Shown here piece after piece: positions 1 to 13,531 of a stretch of 64,000 nt of DNA. The notes beneath the pieces are model-generated. The model saw only the letters and a program-made list of their open reading frames with translations. It was not told where the DNA came from and ran no database searches. Numbering within the stretch: position 1 is the first letter of the stretch; each line of letters begins with the position of its first letter. The translations under genes were made by a program, and so were the position numbers. The stretch is from Neophaeotheca triangularis (Eukaryota): positions 1 to 64,000 of the forward strand of contig BAAIJX010000009.1 of NCBI GenBank assembly GCA_054600435.1, written 5' to 3'.

Positions 1-840
1 CGGTTTGGTTGTTGGGGGGGTTTTTTTATTGTTTCTTTCAAAAACAATGTTTGGGCTTTTTGGGTTTTTTTATTTTTTTTTTTTTTTTTTTCCCCCCCCC
101 CCCCCCCCCCCCCCCCCCCTCTCTCTCTTTTTTTTCCAGTTTTTAAACGCTTCGATGTGCTGTGCTCCTGTTTTTTTACATTCCTGGTAACGAAGTCGGT
201 CGCTTTGTCGTGAAACCGCCCTCCCAGCCAGCGCTTGCGGGTCTATCGACTTCCTATCCTACTACACTACGCTACTCGACGCAGCGCAACGCTCTTTTTC
301 GCGACTAACTGGTCGGACAATTTCGATCGGCGCTTGCATTGTTTATTAAGTACCCGGTGTCTCATAGTTACATTTATGGCTACCCGAGAGATAAGCACCA
401 AAGTCGCTCCCTACCCGCCAAAAAAGACAAAAAAAAAAGAAAAAAAGAAAAAAAAAAAAAGAAAAAAAAAAAAAAAAGAGGGCCAGGTGGTTCATATACT
501 AGATAGAGTCCTCGAACATTTTCCCTCGGGCAAGACAGGTCTCGCATCACCTCAAGAAAGCGTTTCTCCGACCGCGAGGGTGAAAAGCGCAGAGTAGTAC
601 TTAAGATGAGTGGAGTTTGACAAAGAGCCTTGATTTTTTATCTTTCTCTTTAATTATTTCTTCCACCTCCGGGCTGAGTAAGTTGAGACTGGGTGAAGTG
701 GTTTAATGCAACGTCGGGCTCGGGTTCCGGTACTCTGCTCTTGCCGGCTCTCTGACTGCTTAGATGTTTATGAGCTGCGCTCGAGGGGGATGCGCGGTTT
801 GGAGTTGGGTTGGGATTGGGAAGAGCTCATTCGGTACAGT

Positions 841-871
<31 letters not shown>

Positions 872-897
872 ATGGATGGATGGATGGATGGATGGAT
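841..897. repeat. Compound tetranucleotide microsatellite (TGGC)n(TGGA)n
   Basis: Directly visible tandem units. A similar (GGCT)n tract lies at about 61229-61260. Confidence 0.9.
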
Positions 898-1491
898 AGA
901 CACGGCAGAGGAGCAAGGAAAATCGGTGGTGCTTTTCTCTTCTTCTTGCTCTTCTAGAGGGTAGATAGGGAGGCTTAAAAGCGGGAGCGCTGAGTTGATA
1001 CTATTGTTCTCGCGGCGGCTTCTCGTTCGTGAGCGGGCGGGCGGGAGAGTCCCTGGACGATGCTAAGGGTTTTTCGTGGACGGGGGTAGATTATGCTTCG
1101 AGGGTTGGACGCACGCTGAGTTGAATACCGGCGAAGGGAGCGCGTGGTTGATTTGGAGATGGATGCAGTCTGGCAGGCGATAGTTTGCGCGGGTGAGGTT
1201 GAAGTGTATCGGTTCGTGCTGGAGTTTCCGGTCCTTTTCGCGCCTTTTTGTGGACTTTCAGCATTTCTTGGGGCATTCTCTAACTTGTTCGGTTTCTCTC
1301 GTTTTAATCTCTTCGCCCTTGGGAATTTTTTGCAGACGGGATACGGGAGACTTCTGCCATGCTGCGAGTATCCCTTTCAGAAAAACCTCTACCCAAGCTC
1401 GCCCAGGCCCTCGGAAACGCTGCTCTCATGGCGCCTCTTCGGCTCCACACCCTCAAACACGACTTCCCCCTCCAAGTCCACTCCACCCCCA

Positions 1492-2851
1492 CTACAACAT
1501 CCGACACTCCCCCCTCCCATGCCTAACCTGCCAAGCACAAACTCCCGTCTCGAGCGCCATACCCATGAACCCAGCAACACAAATGCCCGCACTATCGCTC
1601 ACCGTTACGGCGCCCAGACTAAACTCGCGATCATCCTCACCCATCTCTTCCCTAACCGCGGCAAAGGTGGAAACATACACCAACCCGCCCAACAAGCCCT
1701 CCCAAAAGACCACAACGAAGACAATCCACACGGACGGGATAAACGGCCACAGCGCGTGGCTAGTGAGGAGCGCGAAGTTGGCGATTTGGAGGTAGGTGGG
1801 GATGTAGAGGTTGCGTATGCGGAGGAAAGGGAGCGAGGAGCGGGAGAGGAAGACGCCAAGTTGGTAGAGGGCGCTGTAGGTGGGGTAGAAGGCGCGGTAG
1901 TGGGTGAAGGGGGTGCGGTGGAGGGGGAAAAGGGTTATGGGTAGGATTCCTTGGTTGAGGCTGTATTCGGCTACGTAGACGAGGAAGAGGGGGAGCATGT
2001 AGGGGAGGAGGAGGGCGCGTGAGCGGCGTAGGTTGGCGAGAAGAGTGTGGAAGGTTGAGGGTGGTGGGGAGGCTGAGGGGGAAGGCTGGCGCCGGGATAC
2101 GGTATCTGGGTCGTCGGTGGGGATGCGCGTGTAGGTTTGGGTGTTTGGAGTGGTGGCTCGTAGGGGACCAGGAGGGAGTAGGATGAAGAAGCTGAGGAGC
2201 ATGATGAGGGGCAGGACTGCGCTGGCGAGGAGGGTGGTTTGCACACTGAGCCCGAGGTTTGTCGTTGCGATGGCGTAGGCGCCAGCGCCAATTAGACCCG
2301 CTCCACCTGTGCCACTGCCCCAGCTTGCGAGGCTGAAACCCCCGTAGTAGTGTGTTAGGCCTAAGAAACTGAGCTCACCCCCTCCTGAGCTGAGACTGGC
2401 GAGCACGATTCCTAGCATCTTAACTATGATGACGGTGGGTTCGCGGGTCGGGGGCGAGAGAGCGATGAGAAGCATGCCGCATGACGAGAGGCTGCAGAAG
2501 ATGAGGATGCGGAGGGGGTAGGGGATATGGTGGATGTAGTAGGGCGCCGTGAGTTTGGTGAGGAAGGAAGGAACGACGTCGGCGAGAAGGACGGTGCCGA
2601 CGGGAATAGGGGAAACGAGATCGATGGCGGCGGAGAGGATGAGGACGTAGAGGATGTTGTTGATTAGGCCTGAGAGGGGTTGTGTATGAGGTCGAGTGTT
2701 GTATTGCTGTGTTTGAACTACGGTATGGATTTGGCTTACCAAACAGCCAAAAGGCGGCGCATACTCTCAAGTTTGCGCCTTCAAATCGAGTCCGTAGACG
2801 GGCTTTGTAGAGGGGCCATGAAGAGGATGGGGCGCCTGGCATTGGCAGCAT
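1492..2851 (-). CDS. BTN1: Battenin/CLN3-family vacuolar membrane protein; 2 exons (intron 2670-2739)
   Basis: Exon 1 MLPMPGAPSSSW...AAFWLFG, then GTAAGC donor and CAG acceptor, then GLINNILYVLILSAAIDLV. Family motifs VLLADVVPSFLTKL, SSGGGELSFL, WGSGTGGAGLIG, YVAEYSLNQG, EGLLGGLVYV. Confidence 0.95.
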
Positions 2852-3105
2852 TTTCTATGTTGTGGAAGCATGCATGCAGTAGGTGTGTTGGAGGAGGAGG
2901 AGGTGGAGGTGTAGGGTAAAGGTAGTTAAAGGTGAAGAGGGGGGAGTGTTTTGATATGTACTGTACATAGGTAGGTACCTAGGTACAGTACCTACTAGTA
3001 GGTAAGGTAGGTACACAGAGGTGTTTTACATGTACCTACGTGACGCGCAGCCAATCGGCACATGTGTCGCCGGCCACATAGGTAGAGGCTAGACCGGTCC
3101 AAGCG

Positions 3106-3118
3106 GTGACGTCACGTG
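3106..3118. promoter_or_regulatory. Overlapping CRE (TGACGTCA) and E-box (CACGTG) in the BTN1/RXT3 divergent promoter
   Basis: GTGACGTCACGTG seen directly. Binding by bZIP/bHLH factors is inference. Confidence 0.4.
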
Positions 3119-3859
3119 CTGTTACGCACGACAGGGAGGATTTCCATTTGGAAGTGAATATACTAGGTACCTTACCTATCTAGTACTAGTGGAGGGACAG
3201 GGGTGTCGTCGATGGCTCGGGTGGTACGGGTGCACGGGCTCACGATATGCGTCAGGGACCGGCGCGGACTTGCCCTGGACTTGCGGGTGCAGTGCAGTGC
3301 AGTGCAGTGCAGGTGGTGATGATGATCTGGTGTGAGAAGAGGTACTACTCGTACTGTAGTGTGAGTGGGTGAGACAGCTGTGAGAGCTTCCCAATACCCG
3401 TCCTCCAACTTTTCTCTCTCTTCTTGTCTTTTTCTACTACTACCACTACTACTACTACATTCACATTCACATTCACATTCACATGCTTGACCGCATTTCT
3501 CAACACACACTACCTAATTAAGTTATTACTCAACCTCTTGCGCACCCAAGCTTCGGAACCTTTAGACATGCACGGCTAGACATCCACACTTCCACACTAG
3601 CCCTAGTGTAAGATGCGACCACGGTAGCGTAGCTTTCACTACTCTTTGAATCAAGCACACACGCGCGCCTCTTCAACACACACACGACACACTACCATCG
3701 TACGCTATACGCCACACACGCCATACACGACATACCCCATACATACGCACACGACCTCGACCTAATCCCTCAAACAACCCCCTCCAACAACTCCCTCCAA
3801 CATACACTTGAGACAGACGCCCCATCCGTGTCTTGCGTCGGTCGCGTGGACGTTCCGTT

Positions 3860-6800
3860 ATGGATCGTCATCCTTCACAGCGGCCCCCCGACCGTCAATA
3901 CGATCTCCCGCCTGGTCCACGTCCACCAACAGGCCCTCCATCAGGACCTCCTTCAAATTACGGACCACCATTTCACCCACAAACCGCGCAACCACCGATT
4001 CAAATACCTTTTTCCGACCCTTTTCACACGAAACGAGATCCTTTCTTACCCGACAGAAGAGACGGTAGTGGCACATTTACGTTGAGCAATGGTGGTCCGG
4101 GAAGCGCTGGGCGAACATGGCATGGTACAGCACAAGGTATGTACAAATACGGGTGACCGCACATTTCACACCAGACGGACGGGGAGTGAAAGCGTCACGG
4201 CTTTTTCCTCTCGGTGAGAAGATGGCGTTTGCGCATGCGTGCAGGCAGCGACAAGACAGAGACAGGCAGACGGCCATACGAGACGTGTCGCGAAAATGGA
4301 GTGACAGAGCTTGCAGACTACTGTGCAAGAGTAATCTGGCACATGCGCCCAGACGACAGAAAGAGGGAGGAGACGGGGACAGACAGCTTTTCGCGACGGT
4401 CGGGACCGTGACCGTGACCGTGACCGTGGACAGAAAGGGCGCATGCCATCTGGTTCTGGTTCTGCTTCTGCTTCTACACTACTTCACCTCAGCTCACCTC
4501 ACTTGATCGATGGACCCAAGGGCAAGGGCAAGGGCAAGGGCAAGGGCATGACGGACGGCAGCGATCAAGGTTTTGATCGCATGGTCCATGCTCCTTGCAC
4601 TTTTCCCAGCAGCGCTTCTTTCCCCGCCCCGCATCCCGCTGCACTAACTGCCTAGCTCCCGCTCACCTCAAACAACGCCTTTTCCTCTTTGGGCTCAGCT
4701 GACACAAAATTGTTTCTAGGGCCGCCGCCGCCGCCAGTAGCAGCTCCCACAGCTCCAGCTCCAGCTCCAGCTCCAGCTCCGCCAGCTGCAGCTTCGGGTA
4801 GCAACAATCATGACCACGCCCCACCGCAACCACCACCACCACCACCACCCCCGTCGCATCACCCCCAGCAAATGCAACACCCCCATCATCAACCCCCGCG
4901 ACAACCTCAACAACATTTACCACCACCGCCGCCCACATCCAATGCTGTCAACCACCACATGCAGCCTCCGTACGATCCATCCCGACCTGGCTCCCTAGGT
5001 GGGCAAGGGAGCCCTTCGCAATTTGCAAGAGGTAAGAGAAATCATCACTCATCATCTCGAAAGTGTATTAACACAAGACTTCAAGCTCCCCACGAGTCGC
5101 TACCACCACCGCCGCCCTCCTACCCTACTCGTCACATGCCACCGCCGCCATCACCACCGCAAATACCTCCCGGCTCGTCTCATCCCCCCATGATGACATC
5201 TGTTTCACGCGAGCAACGTCAACCCAATACTTCGCCTTTTCCTAATCATCGGGAACAAGCCGGCTCGTCATCTGGTCAACGGCCTGGCATGTCCATCTCG
5301 GCCATGCTAGGCGGTGGTGAAGATAGGCGTCCAGTGGTTAACAGCTCGCCTCACACAACAAACGCCGCTCCTTCTCCAACGGCGCGATCTTCAATGCGAC
5401 CTCCGTCACCAGTGAGAGCCAGATCCTCTAGCATGCGAGAGGGTTACCAAAGAGACTTCCGACCCCCTAGTCCGGGTAGGGCGGGTCCTCTGGGAGAACA
5501 GCGGCCCGCTTCTGCTGCATTGGGTCATGAAAGAGAGCAGTCACGTCGGGAGGGAGTGTTTGGCTCACCGCAACAGTTTCAGAAAGGCTCTCAGCATAGT
5601 TTTCGCGCATTCCAAGGTCCGCCGCATCCACCACATCCCCTCTTCGACAATCATCGTCGCGATTTTGTAAACATGGGACCTCAAGGACGGCCCAACAGCC
5701 AGCCTACTGAATCTCCCGCACATTACGGCAGACTGGAAGAGAGCGCACCACCCCGGGATCGAGAGACGCCAAACGAACCGCGACTGGGAATGTTTAGACA
5801 TTACGGTGAACCCCCAAGTTCAGGCCCCCGAAGCGAAGCACCCCCAAAACAAGAGCATGGAATGTACAGAAATGGCGCAGCTCGTGCTTCACAGCCTCCA
5901 GAACATACAATGTATCGCAGTCCTCACCTGGGTCCAGAAAATATGCAAGCAAGGGAGCGTATGCAGGGCCCGCCTTTTGGAACTCCAATGCGCGAGGACC
6001 AAGCAGGCTCTTTCAGACCAACATACCATCATATACCGCATTCAGTACCCGATCAATCGAGGGTGGAGCAGGGGCCCCGTAACTTTGACGAAATGCGACG
6101 CGAGCAATATCGTTCCTCGCCCCCTCGATCCGATATGTATCGCCCTCGGAATGGTGGGCAAGAGCGGCCCATGACACTTGAGGAGCACCAAAGAAATGAG
6201 GCGGCCATCAACAGGGAGCTACAACAACGCAAGGAGAGTGAGGGATCAGTCGCTCGAGCAATATTAGGAGTCAGCCCGGAACTCGACCGCAAAGGACGTA
6301 GCTCCCCTCTCCCGCAAGCAGTGCAAGGTGCTCAACCGAAGCATGTAGGACCGGGCGATACTCAACCGGGTGTTAGGGGTGAATTTGGTCGCATGTTCTC
6401 TGGTCTCGGGAGTGGTGTTGGCAGTACGACCCCAACGGCAGGACGCAACGGTACCACCACGCCTTCTCGGTTAAGTCCTGCAAAGCAAGTCGAGAGTGGT
6501 GATCTCGTGCGTACTGCAGTAGACCAGATAGAGGAGGGCAGAGGTGGGTCAAGAGGAGGCGGACGAGGTGGAAAGAAGAGTGGCCGAAAGATCAAAGAAG
6601 ACGACAAGGATAGTGTGGATGGTCGCGGCACGCCAGGAGCTTCAAACAGAGGCAACAAACGCGCCAAAACGGGACAGCACGTCCATCACCATCATCACGC
6701 GCCCCCACACCATCATCATCACCACCATCACCATGAGGGCGCAGATGTCCAGCCAAGTCCTTTCAGCACTATTCGATTCCCTTCCAACCCACTCGCCAAC

Positions 6801-7811
6801 AACAATGCGCAAACGTCCAACCCACCACCTCATCACCACCATCATCGGCACGCAGCGGGTCATGCCCATCCTACTGCGCCACACATCCACCACCACCACC
6901 ACCCTCCACGAGCTCCACCCACACCGCGCAAACCTAGCATCACCGTGAACAGTTCCCGCCTTTACGAATCTGTCGCCCACCTACCTCGCAAAAACCTCGG
7001 GTCGCAAGTCTACTCCACGACTCTCACATCCGCTCCCATCGCAAATACTCCACTCGATGCCAAACTAAAATTCAGCAGTAACATGAAACCAATCCCCGTC
7101 TTCACCGGGTGCGAAAACAGCCTCTACACCGTGAGAGTACCTAGAGAATACCTTTCGCCCTCCTCACCCACCCCCACCACAAAAACTAAAACCGCCACCG
7201 ACGAGCCCAGCCCCCTGGAAGAAATCTGTCGCCGCCGCCAACTCTGGGGAACAGAAATCTACACCGACGACTCGGACGTAATAGCAGCAGCAGTGCACTC
7301 AGGCTGGCTCTGCGGAGATTTCGGCCCCGAAGCCAACGCCGACCTCCACGACCTCGACCTCGACGAAAACCCCCCCACCAACCCCTCCTCCCCATCCTCC
7401 TCCCTCGCCCTCACCACCAAACCCGCGCACCCCGTCCTTCCCCCTGCCGGCCACGAAGCCCACATCTCCCTGCTGCTCCTCCCGCCCCTAGACTCCTACG
7501 CCTCGACAACAACCCACCACCTCACTTCCCGGGAGTGGAATACTTCAACCCCGCACGACGGCCTGAGTTTCGCCATCCACGGCATCAAGTTCGTGCAAGA
7601 GGGCGACGACAGTCGAGGTACGGGGCGTAGTGGGCGGGAGCGCAAAGCGAGGTTGGGATTCGAGGAGGAGAGGCGCCGCGAGGCTGTCGAGGGGTTATTG
7701 CTTTTCAAGGCCAGGGGGGCGGAGTTTGCGAATGCTGCTGGGACTGGGACTGGGACTGCTGGGGCGGCGAGAGGGGAGGTCAGTGGGAGGTCTGTTGGAG
7801 TTGGGGCTTAG
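3860..7811 (+). CDS. RXT3: Rxt3-domain protein (Rpd3L histone deacetylase complex subunit) with a long Pro/His-rich N-terminus; predicted introns 4137-4719 and 5032-5085
   Basis: C-terminal LWGTEIYTDDSDVIAAAVHSGW and SREW..PHDGLSFAI motifs typical of Rxt3. Exon 1 MDRHPSQRP... ends at a GTATGT donor. GCTGAC branch and CTAG acceptor at 4698-4719 are in the matching phase. Confidence 0.85.
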
Positions 7812-9313
7812 GGGGTTGGTGAACCGAGAAAGAGTGTGGGAATGTTGAGGTTGAGCCGGGTGTCAATGTTGAGGAGGATGCGGGGGTCAAGCTTGAACGT
7901 GAGCGTGAGTGTGGGGCGTGAGACTGCTGTGAAAGTCGAGTATGGAGACGTTAGTTGAGGGGAAAAGCCGTCATGTCGTTTCCAAGGCGATGAAGGAAGG
8001 CCGCGCGAGTGAAAAAAATGATGAGATGGAAACTCCCAAAGACAAAGGCAGTGACGACACTTTTCTTTTTTTTTTTTCTTTTCGCACTACCGTGAAGAAA
8101 TATCCATACACTGAAATGATGGAAGTTGAGCTGCGCTGCCAGCAATCGATCTAACGGCTGTTTTGCTTTGAATTTTTATTTTATTTTATTTGATTGATTG
8201 ATCAAGCGAGAACAACAATTTTTCAACAGAACCTTCCTTGATTCTTTAAAAGAGGTCTCAAAAAGGGAAACGGGAAACGGGAAACGGGAAATGGGAAATG
8301 GGGAAAAAACCTATTTTACGTAAATGATATCCTTGTACGAACAAAAGTCACTTAGCTTGTAAGGTAGTGATTTGATACTACGAACGTCCGTAACTTGATC
8401 AAGTGTCTCGCCAGCTTCTTCATTTTCCAAAAATATGTAAGCCTAGATAGGGAATTCGGGGATTTGGCTGTCTGTCATTATTATTGCTGCTGCTATAGAT
8501 ATATAGAGTGGCCAGCGCAACGCAGTGCTTGGGTGCGGTTCGCGGGGAGTTGTCAAGACTACCTAATCTAGGGAAGGGGGGTTTAGGGAGACGGGGGGTA
8601 CGGGAGTTTCTTTTTTGGCGGGCCCCTTTTTGTGTGTGAGGAAGCGCCCGGGGTATATATCACTTACTTGGAAACGAGGGTGCGAAATGATGCTTTGGAC
8701 TATGGCGGCGTGGAAGTTCTTGGGGACTTTCTGGTACCGCTGACTGGAAATCAGCGCTAAGGTTGGTTAGGAAGTCTAGTTTTGACAATCATTCCCTTCA
8801 AAACTTCATTGCTCGACCAATCTTGTATCACTCTGCTCCAAATTTCAAATGACAGCATTAGGAGCCCAAGGGGGTTGGTGTAAGTGATTTTGCTAGCGGT
8901 GCTAGATGTCAAGCCACGCACGTGACCGATTGCTTTCAGGCATAGAATCCGTACGATCCCACTTATACTCCTCACTACACTTGGCCGCAATGAACAACAA
9001 GAAAACCAAAAGGTGTGCGTCACGCGATGCCCAACGAGAAAAGGCAACATATTTGACCTCTCCCTTCGGGGGACCGTCTTCGACACCGACAAAAACCCTC
9101 CGTCTTCTGACTGACCACAGCCCGTAAACCGTACCAAAAGGCTGGCGCACAGACTTATATTATTTGCTGAGGAAAGTGAAGTCGAACTTCCGGATTGAAT
9201 TCCTCGCTCAGAGCTTGCGCTATCCACTGATCAACGATCTACATAATGATCCTACATCACCCCTCGTACAACTTCTCCCTTCAACAAGCTGTACTCAATC
9301 ACCTCATCCAACC

Positions 9314-9989
9314 ATGCCTCCTCCAGGTTCTCTGGCCGCTTTGGGGAACGAGCATAAACGCTTCCTCGAGTGTATAGGAATTTCCAAGCTCATCCACGAT
9401 GGTCTCAGTTCACCGGCAGAGATCCCTCCCCGCCTTGATGTCCTCGCTGCGAACTCACCCCTAACCCCTTACCACAGAGGCTGCTGCGAGGCGATCCGCT
9501 CAGCCAGACTCCAACAGGTCGGAAGCTCATCTCCGCGCGGAGATTTTCCATTAATTTAAAGACTCCCTTTGGTCTGTCAACATTGAGAGCCAAGCGCGGA
9601 CGGATGACTGGTTCTATTAGCGAGCTGATCGAGAGGGTTAAGAAAGCTTTGGAGGGGTCTGGGGTTCTCGTGGGAAAATCGGGCATTAAGTATGTACGGT
9701 ACTGACCTATACAGAAGGGTGGCGACGACTCAAGGAGCGGGAGTAAGCATCCTTTCCAACTCCTAGACTAGCAGATGAATCAGGAAGCCACGGGAGGTAC
9801 AAAGCTGGAGTCGTGATCAGCGACCAATTTCGAGATGTCTCCTCCAAGCATACCAGTGCGATACCCCTGAAGGAGTACCTCGCCGACAGTAGAGAGCTCA
9901 ATCCCCCATACCGCATCGTCCTTCGCCGCTCGAGCGCCGCAGACGTATCGCTGGGGAAAGCTCGTCGCCTCACCACAGTCGCCACCTAG
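9314..9989 (+). pseudogene. Possible decayed or orphan gene fragment
   Basis: ATG in good context at 9314, CTAAC..CAG acceptor at 9461-9477, codon-like stretches broken by stops. No family recognised. Confidence 0.2.
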
Positions 9990-11012
9990 CATGCCATGTC
10001 GCAGAAAGCCACCCCTCCGTGGCAAGTCAGAGTAGCCGGGCACTGGTAAGGTTTGTGAGGGTCGCGGAAGCGGGTAGTGGGAGGTTGAGCATGGTGCGCG
10101 TCAAGTTTCTGCTGTCCCGGCTGCCTCGACGAGCTCAGCGGGGAGGTGATAAAGCTCGAGTCGGATGTGGAGCGATCGAATGAAAGGCGGTTGGTTCTAG
10201 GGAGGATAAGTTAATTGTTAAGCCCGTGTAAAAGAAGAACCGTACGCAGTACCTAGCGGGAGACTCGCCTATACCAGTCCGTTGTAAAAGGGATAAAGAA
10301 AAAAGGAAGTCTCTAGTAACTTAAGCACTAGAGGGAAAGCTAACGCATCCTATTCAGAGGGTGGTTTTCTTTGGCTTCTAAGACAGCTGTAACTAAAGTC
10401 GTTGGAACTGTACGAGAGCAGTTGCAATTTACGTCGGTGGACTGCACGACGCCTCCAGTCTTCTTTGCAAGAACTGAGGAAGAGCGACAGGGGGGGTTTT
10501 GAACTAGCGACTTTTCGTCGCAGTGGTATCTAGGAGTGAGGTCAGTGTGTGTTGGGGTTGTGAAGTTGGTCGGGTGAACTTACCGAGTGTTGCTTCGTGG
10601 GCGATATTTGGGAAAATGGGTCGGGGGGGTTCAATGTAGAGTCTAGATAATTATTTGGCTCTAAGCCTGTCAGGGCGGAAGAGGGCGGGAAACATGGCCT
10701 GTCTAGTCAGGATTGATTCATCGAGAGGCCAGTCGATGGCAAGAAATAGACTTGAACCACTTCCGTTGAAACATCGCAGATGGGTCTGATACACGCTGTA
10801 CCTCTTGTGGGAGTTACAAAACAAACCACACCCTACCGGCGATCGTAGTAGCCAAGAACTGTTTTCTCATACATTCATGCAATCAAAAATCGTGAGGTTA
10901 GATACTCACAAGCTCCGTACTATTCCTCGCCTATGCAACTTCATCCACCACAGCAGCACCCTCACTGGGTTTTACTGATCTCTCCTCAGAGAGCGGACTT
11001 GATACCTTCATC

Positions 11013-12505
11013 CTAAAGATATTCCTTCTCGGTGATCTCTCCCATCTTCGAAAGAGGTCCCTGTTTGACCATGATCGTCATGACCTCATAAAGCACCTGC
11101 AGACGGGTCAGTCTTTGCGGCAAAGGTTTTCAGAGGCTCCACAACGCCACTTACATCAGCTGCAGCCATGGTGGTCAACTCAGCGTTGGTGTCGTATGCC
11201 GGCGCAACCTCAACAATCTGAAATGGGGAAAGAGGTCAGCTGATGTCTTTCTCTTGCCAGGAAGCAAAGCAAGGTGTACGCACGTCCGCGGATACCAAGT
11301 TAATACCCTCGAGGCCCCTAATGATGGTGCGGATCTCACGAGTCGACCAGCCACCAGTCTCCGGCGTCCCCGTGGCCGGTGCGAAAGCAGGGTCGATGCT
11401 GTCGATGTCGATGGAGAGGTAGACAGGGTTTTCGTGGCCTACTCGGTCGTGAATCTTTTTGATGATCCCTTCGGTACCGATAGTGTCAATCTCCCTGGCC
11501 TCAACGATCTCGAAGCCACAGTAACCGTCGTTGTCGTAGTCGGACAGTCCGCTGAGAGTAGTGCGAATACCAGCGTGAATGTTGGTGTCGTTCCTCAACA
11601 GACCTTCCTGGGCGGCGTGGTAGAAGTAGGTTCCGTGGTTGATGCTGGCTTGTTTTGTGCTTCCGCCTCCGAATACGGACGGACGCCATGTATCGAGGTG
11701 GGAGTCGAAATGGATGACCGTGATCGGTCCATAGGCACGGTTCATGCTCCTAAGCAGCGGAAGAGTGATAGTGTGATCACCACCCATGGTGATGACACGG
11801 GGCAGAGTCTTGCCATGCTTGGAGGGTCCAACCTCATGGGCATCGGTCGCTGGCTCGCGCATCAAGATGCTGTTGTGGCCTTCTTCAATCTGTTGGATGG
11901 CCCAGGCGTTGTCGTACCTGGTCAGTGTCAGTCATGCCAACGCTGTCTAGCTAAAGTTGGTTGAGACGACTGACGAGGTAACTGGCACATCGCCACAGTC
12001 GATGAGAGTCGCCCAGTCACTGAAGGGGTTTGCGTCCAGAGGCACATTGTATCCGCCGCTGAATCGGATTTTGCGTGAGCTTTCGTGCGCCAACAAGAAT
12101 CAGCGTGTATATTGGACGTACTAGAGATTGAGACGGCGGCTACCCTGTCTGATACCAGAAGGTCCAAAGCGAGCTCCCGGCCTGTAGGATGTGCCTGTGT
12201 CGAAAGGCGCGCCGATAAAGGCAATGTCGTACTTCACAGCATCGGTGGCGAGGCATGGGCTGTAACCGATGCGACCGAAGGTCGAGATGCCAGAGAAGAC
12301 CGAGTCGGCCTGTAGTTCTCATTAGCAGATAGTCTCTCGGCGGTGTGATAGAATGCGACGGTACCTGCTTGCCACCATCTCCAGGAAGGCTGTTGTACCA
12401 CAGACCCTTGTGGGGACCCGCGATGGGCTCTTGGTCGTGAGCATGGTCGCCGTGAGCGCTGGCCACAGCTACCAAGGCAGCAATAGAGGAAGCGAACTTG
12501 AACAT
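11013..12505 (-). CDS. Agmatinase/guanidinobutyrase-type ureohydrolase (arginase family) with signal-peptide-like N-terminus; 5 predicted introns
   Basis: Metal-ligand motifs GGDHT, HFDSHLD, SIDIDSIDPAFAPATGTPETGG and IVEVAPAYD; GAPFDTGTSYRPGARFGP. Last exon VLYEVMTIMVKQGP...EYL*. Confidence 0.93.
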
Positions 12506-13531
12506 TTTGAAGAAGATAGTGAAACCAAGTCTGATGTGAACACCTTGATGGGAGACAAAGGAAAAGGGGGAAAATAAGTAGCAGACCTCAAATACTCTTT
12601 CAGAGCACCTACCCTCTACTCAGCAACCTCTTTGATACATCCAGGCAATAGCATTTACCTAACAGTTACCTTCGGAGGTGCGAGAGATGGCTCTGGAGCT
12701 TTACAACCTTAGTGTGAGTGACGACACAGGCTGCGAGCCGTCGAAGGGCAGGGTCGTCGATATGCCATGGTCCGGCGGGTCTGACTAACAACTTTGCTCG
12801 TTCCTCGCCTCGATGGATAGGAGGCGGCATTGGGTCGACGATAAGGGTGGTGCAGGCGAAGGGCGTAGTGCGGTACCACTGGCGCGATAGACTCTTCATG
12901 ATTCAACAATCGGTTCATCTTACGTTTGGAGCATTGCCATGCTGCCTGCAAATGCTGACCCGGGGCTGAGCATCTCACGTCGGACAACGGGGAGGGGAGG
13001 TTATCTTGCTCGAAATGCGGTTTGTCAAGCTGCTGAGTTGAAGATATGTCGTCTGCCATTGAAAAGTGGAGCTGGGGTTGGAGATAAGAGAGTACATCAC
13101 ACAAGCGAGGGCGGTGAGGGAGGGAGGGGAGAGGAGCCCGCTCGGGAGACCTGCGCTTTCTCTTGCTCAACCTCACCTTGACTTCGCACAAACATACCGG
13201 ATGAAACAATCTTCGGCGCCATTCATGCTAATGGTTGACAGCACGGCAGTTGACCGCTGTGACTAGAAGTTGTTATCTAATTGGCGAATCTCTGGCATCG
13301 GCATCTAATCCTATCAATTCGTGTCCGTCCCCTACTGCGTTTCCACCAATTGCGATGCCATGCTCCAGCTATCACCAACACGATTCTATGTCCTTCTCAC
13401 AAGGGCAGTAGTAACCCTGCGCCTGAATTTGCGAACCAAATACAGGAAATATGTCTCGAGTCTGTAGATCGAGACGGTACTCCCTGCCTCGTTATCAAGT
13501 CCTTTTCTAGCGCTGTCAGCCCACCGGGCAC

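Noticed and set aside
1..600. Poly-F/P and poly-K ORFs (5..190, 235..597)
   Set aside because: They are translations of T, C and A homopolymer runs, which may be low-complexity DNA or assembly noise. No protein signal.
1144..1944. 266-aa plus-strand ORF and many other long antisense ORFs (e.g. 11254..11964, 14000..14725, 31421..32263)
   Set aside because: Shadows of real genes on the opposite strand, as expected with GC3-biased codons.
5032..5085. Short in-frame stop-free introns (also 13669-13728, 18317-18370, 44991-45050)
   Set aside because: At 54-60 nt this is expected by chance. Noted only because the ORF track reads through them.
8018..8114. ATGATGA...CTGA resembling a C/D snoRNA
   Set aside because: No recognisable rRNA guide or terminal stem, contains a long T run, and lies in the likely RXT3 3' region.
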